Positions 51,724 through 60,488 of a stretch of 60,488 bases of DNA are shown here, one piece after another. The notes under the pieces were generated by a model. That model worked only from the letters and a program-made list of their open reading frames with translations, was not told the DNA's origin and searched no databases. The translations under genes were made by a program, and so were the position numbers. Each line of letters starts with the position of its first letter. Position 1 is the stretch's first letter. The stretch spans positions 1 to 60,488 of the forward strand of contig JAUCBJ010006657.1 of the NCBI GenBank assembly GCA_032718475.1. Reading direction: 5' to 3'. The DNA comes from Nemertoderma westbladi (Eukaryota; Animalia; Xenacoelomorpha).

Positions 51724-51871
51724 TAGAGTTAGAGAAATGTTTAGTCGTCCAAGTTTTGGACTGAGGGGGTGGGATTGAGGGCGAGACGCCCTTCCCACAC
51801 AAAAAAATAAAATAAATAAAAAAAAAATAATAGTACATGGTAGGTACGCAGTTAGTAGGCAGAAGTTAGTT

Positions 51872-52480
51872 AAGAGGTACGTAGTACCTAGTTAGTTAGT
51901 TAGTTAGAGGGTACGTAGTACCGCTAGTTAGTTAGAGAGTTAGAGGGTACGTAGTACCGCTAGTTAGTTAGAGAGTTAGAGGGTACGTAGTACCGCTAGT
52001 TAGTTAGAGAGTTAGAGGGTACGTAGTACCGCTAGTTAGTTAGAGAGTTAGAGGGTACGTAGTACCGCTAGTTAGTTAGAGAGTTAGAGGGTACGTAGTA
52101 CCGCTAGTTAGTTAGAGAGTTAGAGGGTACGTAGTACCGCTAGTTAGTTAGAGAGTTAGAGGGTACGTAAGTACCGATAGTTAGTTAGAGAGTTAGAGGG
52201 TACGTAGTACCGATAGTTAGTTAGAGAGTTAGAGAGTACGTAAGTACCGCTAGTTAGTTAGAGAGTTAGAGGGTAAGTAGTACCGATAGTTAGTTAGAGA
52301 GTTAGAGGGTACGTAAGTACCGTTAGTTAGTTAGAGAGTTAGAGGGTACGTAGTACCGCTAGTTAGTTAGAGAGTTAGAGGGTACGTAAGTACCGTTAGT
52401 TAGTTAGAGAGTTAGAGGGTACGTAAGTGCCGTTAGTTAGTTAGAATTAGAGTTAGAGGGTACGTAGTACCGTTAGTTAG
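51872..52480 (+). repeat. ~36-bp tandem repeat (~16 copies) between pol and the extra ORF
   Basis: Unit GAGGGTACGTAGTACCGCTAGTTAGTTAGAGAGTTA. Confidence 0.95.
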
Positions 52481-52970
52481 AAGAGAGAGAGTAAGAGGTA
52501 AAAGGGGATATAGATATAGATATTAGTTAGCAGTTAGTAGAGAGAGGGGGGCATATGAGTGCAGCTGGGTAAATCGTGTGGCCACACGACGCATACTGCT
52601 GTACTGCATAGGCCCACAGAGTAGGCCAGAATGTGGATTAGAGAATAGAATAATCCATAGGCAATAGTAAGTAGTAGGACAATAGAATCAAAGTTAAAAT
52701 AGATAAATAAATAGAATAAGGGCTGAAAGTTACAAAATAATGGCAACACTAGGAAAGTTATTCTAGAACATAACAAAAGTAACGGACAGAAATTGTAAAT
52801 TACGCTCATTTACTAGCTTCAAAATTAATTAGTAATAATTTAGGTTAAAAGGCGCAGTTAAGTAGGAAATAGGTCATTATCGAACCGTACAGAACATCCT
52901 AGATACATCACTCATCTGTATTGCGCCTTGGTAAGGCACCACCTTGCAGGTGAGCGAGTGAACGTTCGGA

Positions 52971-54086
52971 ATGGCGAGTAAGTTGATCAGAAAGAGAAAA
53001 GCGGAGTCAGGAGGAAAGGAGATACTGGTGGATTTCACCGAGAGACATCCGGAAGAGAAGACGAGAGGATACTACGAGAGGTTGGAAAGGGGTCACGCGG
53101 CGCGAGCGCTGCAGGATCACTTCAGGGAGATGCACGAACAGCGGCTGGTCGGGACCTACGGGACGCCGTCGCTGGACAACGCGATCTTCCAACACTTCCA
53201 CTACGTAGTGAAAGGGGACGAGGCGAAGTTCGGGATTCCGAAGTACCCGAGGGAATCACCGAGGAACGACTGGAAGAGATTTATAGAGTCCGTCAACAGA
53301 GGAGGATATATGATCCTAGACGACGAGGGAACCGTGGAAGACGAGGCGGGTTCGAGACGAGGAACGGCGGGGTCGGCCAGGACCATACTCCTACATTTGG
53401 CCGCGCCAAATGGGGACATCTTCTTATTCGATCTAGGAACGTATGGGAAGAAGGAGGGGCCGAAATTAAACCGGTTACCGAAAGCGGTACAAGTCTTAGT
53501 AAGAGAGAAGTCGACGACGAAAGTGGGATCGGCGATTCGCGAGGACGCGGAGAGGAACATCGGTCCGGACGCCACCAACCTCCTGGATATGCAGAAAGTC
53601 TTTATGGCTATGACGGCACCGGATGGGTTGGGGGTAGTCGAAAACACAGGCCAATGCGGGGCAGTGGCGATGGGCCAATTATTGGGGCTCGTATGCCACA
53701 AACCGATGGACTGGGGGAAGTTTAGGGAAGAATACGGAGCAGAACTAGCGAACTCGCTAAAGTGGGGAGCGAGACCGGGAAAGCAGGAGGTATATCAGTT
53801 CCGCAGGGGAGTGATAAAGGTATATCAGAAGCGATATATCCTGCAGGAGGACTGGATGATGATAAGTTTGCTTAACTTATTCATGACCGTGGTTATCGAG
53901 AGGGAACCAGGGGCATTTCTGTTATCGGGATCACCCCTAAGCTACAGGAGAGCCTTTAAGACGGCCTTTGACGGTCTGGTAGACCACCCGGGGCTGAAGG
54001 GCGAGTCGGTGTACTACAACAGCCAGCATCTGGTAGACGGGGAGACAGATACACAGAGACAGATGGGAGCAGCTAGAGACGGATAG
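52971..54086 (+). CDS. DEDDy 3'-5' exonuclease-like protein (WRN/EXD/Mut-7 type) carried by the BEL element
   Basis: ExoI ILDDEG; LLHLA…IFLFDL; LPKAVQVLV…TKVGSAIRED (ExoII); LLDMQ; QKRYILQED (ExoIII-like). Confidence 0.65.
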   Translation: MASKLIRKRKAESGGKEILVDFTERHPEEKTRGYYERLERGHAARALQDHFREMHEQRLVGTYGTPSLDNAIFQHFHYVVKGDEAKFGIPKYPRESPRNDWKRFIESVNRGGYMILDDEGTVEDEAGSRRGTAGSARTILLHLAAPNGDIFLFDLGTYGKKEGPKLNRLPKAVQVLVREKSTTKVGSAIREDAERNIGPDATNLLDMQKVFMAMTAPDGLGVVENTGQCGAVAMGQLLGLVCHKPMDWGKFREEYGAELANSLKWGARPGKQEVYQFRRGVIKVYQKRYILQEDWMMISLLNLFMTVVIEREPGAFLLSGSPLSYRRAFKTAFDGLVDHPGLKGESVYYNSQHLVDGETDTQRQMGAARDG

Positions 54087-55483
54087 ACGAGAAGCAAAGC
54101 GACTGGAAGAAGTTGCTAGACGGGAGAGGATAGAAGCAGAGGAGAGGGAAGAGGAGGCCAGGACACAGAGTTACGGCTTCGAGGAACAGGCAGGCCTAGA
54201 CGAACTTCATTGGACTTCATCAGGGAGTTCGGGGGAGTCTCTAGGGCGAGAATTGGGATGGACAGTGGGATCGCCGAAACAGTCGACGTCGGGGTTGCAA
54301 ACGATGCCCATACCAGCGGGCGCCGTGGGCGACCAACCGCCAAGGAAGTTAAGGGAGCTAGAGGGATGGAGAGCTACGGGCGAGAGCCAAGGCGGGAAGG
54401 GACATAGTGGATCCATCGGGATACCGGGGTTGGAGACACTGCCAGAAGAGGAGGACGACGACGACGACGACGAGTTCGGAGAGATGCCGCCCATTGAGAG
54501 GATAGGCCACTCGGACACGGACTGGGTTGGCGGAAGGGTGGTGACGGCCAGTGGGGCGAGGGCCTTCTGGAACAGATCTGGCAAGCGGACCTGGGTGCAC
54601 GAGGAGCCGGCGATGGATTTCGCAGGGAGCACCATCAGGTTGGGCGAGCAACCGGGGACGGCACCACGGGTAGTATTCGGGGAGACGATGCCCGAGAGGG
54701 GCGGAGAGATTGACGTAGATAGAGAGACCAACGTAGAGAAGTTCGCCTACCAGCGACTCCACAGACCGCGGAGATCGCTTGGTACTCGGCTGCGAATACT
54801 GTGGGAGACAGACCCATCGGGAAAGGAGCTGCCTATACCGGTTCCAGAAGGGAACCTTTTGTCTCTACTGCCGAGAACCAAGCCACAGGATGGGGGCGTG
54901 TCCACGGTTGCATAATCGATGTACAAAGTGCCACTTTCGGGGACACTACGGACGCGAGTGCGACTGGATGAACGACGAGGAGAAGTTCACAAGATTCGAG
55001 GAGTGGGCCGACGTCAGGGCCATGACGCGCCAGCGCATGAAGGCCCAGGAGTTCAAGTGGGGTTTCTTCCTTATCAATCAGGAGACTCACATGGAGATCA
55101 TAAAGCGGAGGCTACCGTTTAGCTACCAAGAGGTAGCAACGGCGGCGTCGTACGCCGGAGTGATGAACACGCAAAGGTATTTGGACAGGTGGACGCCAGA
55201 GAACCGAAGGGAGTTTAGGGATTTCTTGGCGGAGCACGTACCAAATGCAATGAAAATGATCCTATGGGACGCCACCAGAGGGAGACAACCGGGCCACTCT
55301 GAGGGGCCACCGGCGAAGCGATATCGGGCATTAATAACACCAACGCCCAAGGAGCCAACGACCGGGATCAGCAGGGAGGTGGCGGCGAAGGTCCGAAAGC
55401 AGAAAGCGGATGATGCCGGAGGAACGGTGATAACCAAGAAACGACCCAGGGAAGAAGACGCCAGTGATGTTCATTGTACTTGA
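54087..55483 (+). pseudogene. Frameshifted continuation of the extra ORF: acidic linker plus three CCHC zinc knuckles
   Basis: The +1 frame is open from ~54050 to 54915; ORF 54779-55483 has CEYCGRQTHRERSC, CLYCREPSHRMGAC and CTKCHFRGHYGREC. Confidence 0.6.
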
Positions 55484-55790
55484 CACAATGAGCTCAACAC
55501 AGCATTCTTGAGAAAATGCCATCCAGAGATTTGGTGTCCTCAGTAGCAGTTAGAGCCCAGCATGGATTCCCGTACAGGATAAGAGTACTGGTACTACTAC
55601 AGCCATAATAAATAATCGAACCTTAAGTTTCCGTTTTATTCTACTGGACTTCCAAATCATGTACAGACTATTTTACGCCGCCCATGCCTTCCCCTTACAT
55701 ATCGGAAGGTCTGAATTTTGAATCCATAATCCCAAGTACCAGAAGTCATCCACGTGCTCAAGCAAGCCGTCACTAGAGCTTAAATGCCCC
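55465..55790 (-). mobile_element. Upstream piece of the RTE LINE (right flank of the BEL insertion)
   Basis: Reverse complement of ~9540-9850; colinear with the 42175-42517 piece. Confidence 0.8.
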
Positions 55791-56124
55791 TTTCAAACAA
55801 TGACCATAAAATGACCCAAACCACCCGATTAGTAGCCAACTGCAAATGGGGTGTAAAAATCATGAAAAAAAAACACCGTAATTATTTGAGGAATCGGAAC
55901 AAAAGTGCGTGGTGGCATGAACAGAACATCGAAAATGAGCGGTAACATGAACAGAACACAACATCGAAAGTGCGCGGTAACACACAACACTGAAATACCG
56001 GTACGTGGTGATGTAAACATGAGTGGGCCTTTCGTGGAGCTGCGAACCAATAAAGAAACAATAATATAAATTATTACAGTATGATACACCATACAGCCAT
56101 ACAAAAATATATAGGCCTATCTAG

Positions 56125-56922
56125 GGTATTAGTACGTTTGAACGACACTAGCCGAACAAGCCTGAAATCTGATAGAAACTGATAAAAATTGGTACCGGTA
56201 CCGGTACAGCAGTATTGTTCGCCATCTTCAGCACAATGCGGATATTGTTTTATACTAATTGGGCCTATTACTTTTATTGTTTATTGTGTTATTTATATTG
56301 TTACTTTTAATAATTATATTGTGTTGTATTGTACTGTATTTATACAAGAGCACTAGGTCTACTATTACTGTATGGGCTTACTCTGTCTCTGTCATGGTAT
56401 GGCTGAATTTAATATCATTGAGGTCGGTAAACTGATCGAGACTGGAGGAGTGTGTTATTGAATTTGCGCTATTGAGGAGCTTCTCTCCCGTAGGCCTACT
56501 CTACAACCAAATGGACAACCAACCCAACCCTACGCAACCAACCCAACCCTTTGTCCCTTTCCAGGTTGTGCTGCACAATCCAAAGTTGTGCTATTACTAG
56601 GCCTAACGGTAGTACTGAATGTCTACTGTACTCATGTCCAACTACTGTACGATATGATCTAACCAACTCAAACGGCTCTTTTCAGGGCCGCCATATCAGC
56701 ATACAGTATGAAATATACAATTATGTCGCAACAACGCTTGCAATCCAATAGGCCTATAGCTGTATAGATTATATTAAAATTATAAATTCCCCTCCAAGAA
56801 CTTAATAAATAATACCGGCGCAATCCTTAAGATTGCTCACAATACTGCTATACCAGTACCGGTACCATGATTTATCTGATTTCAGGCTTGTTCGGCTAGT
56901 GTCGTACAAACGTACTAATACC
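56125..56922. mobile_element. Mutator-like MITE with 9-bp TSD
   Basis: ~50-bp TIR GGTATTAGTACGTTTG.ACGACACTAGCCGAACAAGCCTGAAATC; TSD CCTATCTAG at 56116-56124 and 56923-56931. Confidence 0.85.
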
Positions 56923-56928
56923 CCTATC

Positions 56929-59900
56929 TAGCTAGCTCTCAGCTTACTGTATACAGGTATACCGGTAGGCCTAATTTAAAAAAATATTTTATAGACTTAG
57001 GCCTAATGGCAGACTCGTCATTATTCTAGAAATCAAACTTATGATAAATGAAACTACCGGTACCGGTAGGCCTACTACCAACTACCGTTATTTACGAATC
57101 TACCTACTGTCAGACCGTACAGGCAGACTATACGAGAAACACAACAGCACCGTACTACCGGTACCTAATGCAGTAATGCATATCTGCATGTCGAAAGGGG
57201 AATGGTACGGAGTTAGAAAGTTTCACTTTATCGACTACCAGTACCGGTATCATACTAAAACTACAGTAAATGCCGGATGGGTATTGCCTACAATAGTGAA
57301 TTCCTTGCTTGTGTGCCTGACTGCCTGAATGTGTTGCAACAGAGTCTGTATTCAGAAAATGTTTCACTTTAGGGCCTACCGACTTTCATACTGCTACATG
57401 TACAGCCTATTATGATGTCAACGTCTACGAGTCTGCATGTGTAGAACTATAGCAGCCAAGTTTGTCTTCAGGAAATGTTTCACTTTCACATTTGCAACCT
57501 ACAGTATTGCGACCAAGGACAAACTTGTCAGATATGTGCTAGAATATATCCTGTTTCTTTGTGGGGTCGGTAATCGCCACTAATCGGTATGCAGTTATAG
57601 TTCCAGTTCTTTCCGCAAAAGGGCGAAATGTATGAAAGTGAAAACCTTTTCCCATTTCCGTCATTTTTAATTAGAATTAAAATTAATTTGAATCTTGGCA
57701 TTGTTTGTACTATTGTATATACTAAAGCTTATCTTATTTCGTTTTGTTATAATCGTAATCAATATATAAATTTATATCGCACCCTTTACGTAGTGGTCAA
57801 ACATAATCTTAAAATTAATAAAAACCAATCACTGTATGAACTGAATTAAAAGAGTTAAAAACATAATTAAAAACACAACTGAAGACATGAGTTCACTTGA
57901 GAAACGTGAGATTATAATTCATGTTAAAAAAATTTAATTATAATCATTGGAATTCCATTTTGAATAAATGAGTCTTTAATAGTTTCTTAAATATTTATAT
58001 CGAGGGAGATCGGCGAATGTTGATGGGAAGTGAGTTCCAAATTGTTGGTGCAGCTACACCGCGAAAGAACCTTTACCATAGCTTGCAAGATTTAATTTAG
58101 GAATGCTAAGAAGGGTCAGTTCAGTGGAACGTAGTTCACGTTAGGCCGATGTTGTGAATACATTAGGTCATTAGCGCAATCTTAAAATCGATCCGGCATA
58201 GAATAGGTAGCCAATGCAATGTAGCTCTTTCAACACCACCAGTGTAATGTGGTCTCTTACTCTTTTGCGTGTTCCTGTTAGCAGGCATGCGGCAGAATTC
58301 TGGACTTACTGCAACTGTTTAACTACCTTCCAAGGAAGACCATAATTTAACGCGTTGTTGTAATCTAGTTTGCTAGAGATCAGTGCGTGGATTAAAACTT
58401 ATTATCCGTTCAAGCTGCAACTTGGTAGATATACGTAATAGACCATCCCTAGGATGAGTCTTTGTGGGGATGCTACTCGTTAGTTCTCCAGTCTACCGCT
58501 AGTGGGCTGTCAATATACAGATGGACTGGAAAATCTAACCGAATTTAATCTACCCTTTACCGTTAAAGTGCTTAAACTCCTATGCTACGGCCAATGGAAG
58601 CTAATGTATCATACTTATATTTAAAAAAGGAATATCACTCATTAGGTACTCAATAATTCGCCCATGTGAAGAAGACCAGGATTTCACTTTTCGGTCGACT
58701 TTTTATTGGAATTTTATATAAAGATTTGTCATTTTTTTAATTTATCTTTATTAAGTGTTTTATAGCGCTTTATTTCTGTCTTATAACCTGTACATATACT
58801 AATTCTTTTTTTGTTTTGGTTAGATTCAGCCCTTCTGTAATCTGTATTTTTGGTGAAAACCTAGTATTCTTCACATGGGGGTAACTGCAAAGTGAAATAT
58901 AACAGCAGAAAGTCTGATATTCTTCACATGGGCCCACTAAGTCACATCTTGTGCAGTTGTTAAATCCGTTGCCTTCAATTCACATGTATCTGGGAGGTCG
59001 TGGGTCCTGGACTACTGGGGCGCTTTTCATCCTTAAACGGTAGCTCAATGAGTAAAAACCAGTTTGCCATGGGAGTATAGTTCCGGGTGGACCACACTGG
59101 AAATAAGATATCAGACTTTGTGCGTAATAATACCTGGCACACCGGCCGAAGAAAACTTTACTTTACTATAATAGCAGTATATATGGCAGATAAATATATC
59201 AATTTTTGAATAAAGCTAGCTAGCTAGCTAGCTCTCAGCTTACTGTATACCGGTAAGCCTAATTTAAAATATTAAAATGTTATTTTATAGACTTAGGCCT
59301 ACTGGTCATTATTCTAGAAATCAAACTTATGATAAATGAAACTATAGGCCTACTACCATCTACCGTTATTTACGAATCTACCTACTCTCAGACCGTACAG
59401 GCAGACTATACGAGAAACACTACGGTACCGTACTACCGGTACCTAATGCAGTAATGTATATCTGCATGTCGAAAGGGGAATGGTACGGAGCTAGAAAGTT
59501 TCACTTTATCGACTACCAGTACCGGTATCATACTAAAACTACAGTAAATGCCTGATGGGTTTTGCCTACAATAGTGAATTCCTTGCTTGTGTGCTTGAAT
59601 GTGTTGCAACAGAGTCTGTATTCAGAAAATGTTTCACTTTAGGGCCTACCGACTTTCATACTGCTACATGTACGTACAGCCTATTATGATGTCAACGTCT
59701 ACGAGTCTGCATGTGTAGAAACTATAGCAGCCAAGTTTGTCTTCAGGAAATGTTTCACTTTCACATTTGCAACCTACAGTATTGCGACCAAGGAGAAACT
59801 TGTCAGATATGTGCTAGAATATATACTGTGTCTTTGTGGGGTCGGTAATCGCCACTAATCGGTATGCAGTTCTAGTTCCAGTTCTTCCCGCTAAAGGGCG

Positions 59901-60488
59901 AAATGTATGAAAGTGAAAACATTCTCCCATTTCCGTCATTTTTAATTATAATTAAAATTAATTTGAATCTTGGCATTGTTTGTACTATTGTATATACTAA
60001 AGCTTATCTAATTTCGTTTTGTTATAAGCATAATCATAATTATAAATTTATATCGCGCCCTTTACTTAGTGGTCAAAAGCGCACGTTACACATAATCTTA
60101 AAATTAATAAAAACCAATCACTGTATGAACTGAATTAAAAGAGTTAAAAACATAATTAAAAACACAACTGAAGACATGAGTTTACTTGAGAAACGTGAGA
60201 TTATAATTCATGTTAAAAAAATCTAATTACATATAATCATTGGAATTCCATTTTGAATAAATGAGTCTTTAATGGTTTCTTAAATATTTCTATCGAGGGA
60301 GATCGGCGAATGTTGATGGGAAGTGAGTTCCAAATTGTAGGTGCAGCTACCGCGAAAGAACGTTTACCATAGCTTGCAAGATTGAATTTAGGAACGCTAA
60401 GAAGGGTCAGTTCAGCGGAACGTAGTTCACGTTAGGCCGATGTTGTGAATACATTTATAGGTCATTAGCGCAATCTTGAAATCGATCC
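56929..60488 (+). repeat. ~2.3-kb tandem repeat (one full unit plus a partial second unit)
   Basis: TAGCTAGCTCTCAGCTTACTGTATAC recurs at ~56929 and ~59228; the following sequence is colinear to the window end. Confidence 0.92.

Larger units (their letters stand above)
42518..55465 (+). mobile_element. BEL/Pao LTR retrotransposon, degenerate, 3' LTR absent
   Basis: Purine-rich block starting TG at the RTE breakpoint; gag-pol with BEL domain order PR-RT-RH-IN; extra ORF after pol; RTE homology resumes at ~55465. Confidence 0.85.

Noticed and set aside
51872-52480. CRISPR-like array of ~36-bp repeats
   Set aside because: The units are head-to-tail with no unique spacers; eukaryotic context and no cas genes.
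43009-55522. Numerous minus-strand ORFs across the BEL element
   Set aside because: Antisense shadows of purine-rich coding DNA with no recognisable motifs.

Overview
Repeat-rich, AT-rich eukaryotic (invertebrate-type metazoan) genomic DNA. There are three large coding units. (1) An intact 2727-aa Helitron-like Rep/helicase ORF (22095-30278, +). Its order is C2H2 fingers, a 21-aa repeat, a DUF6570-like region, an HUH/Y2 Rep and a Pif1 helicase. The C-terminus carries a poxvirus-A22-type RuvC Holliday-junction-resolvase domain, followed by an apparent second, catalytically dead copy; this is the top finding. (2) A complete PRDM9-like gene (KRAB-SSXRD-Zn knuckle-PR/SET-C2H2 minisatellite array) on the minus strand in only two predicted coding exons; the single intron ends in inverted repeats. 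(3) A degenerate BEL/Pao LTR retrotransposon (~42.5-55.5 kb) inserted in an RTE LINE. Downstream of pol it carries an extra ORF with a WRN/EXD/Mut-7-type DEDDy exonuclease and three CCHC knuckles. The remainder is a tRNA-Gln(CTG) gene, decayed LINEs (one apparently split by ~20.5 kb of nested elements), many MITEs with identifiable TIRs/TSDs, satellites, and a ~2.3-kb tandem unit that also occurs at the start of the window. All domain calls come from reading motifs by eye, not from database searches.
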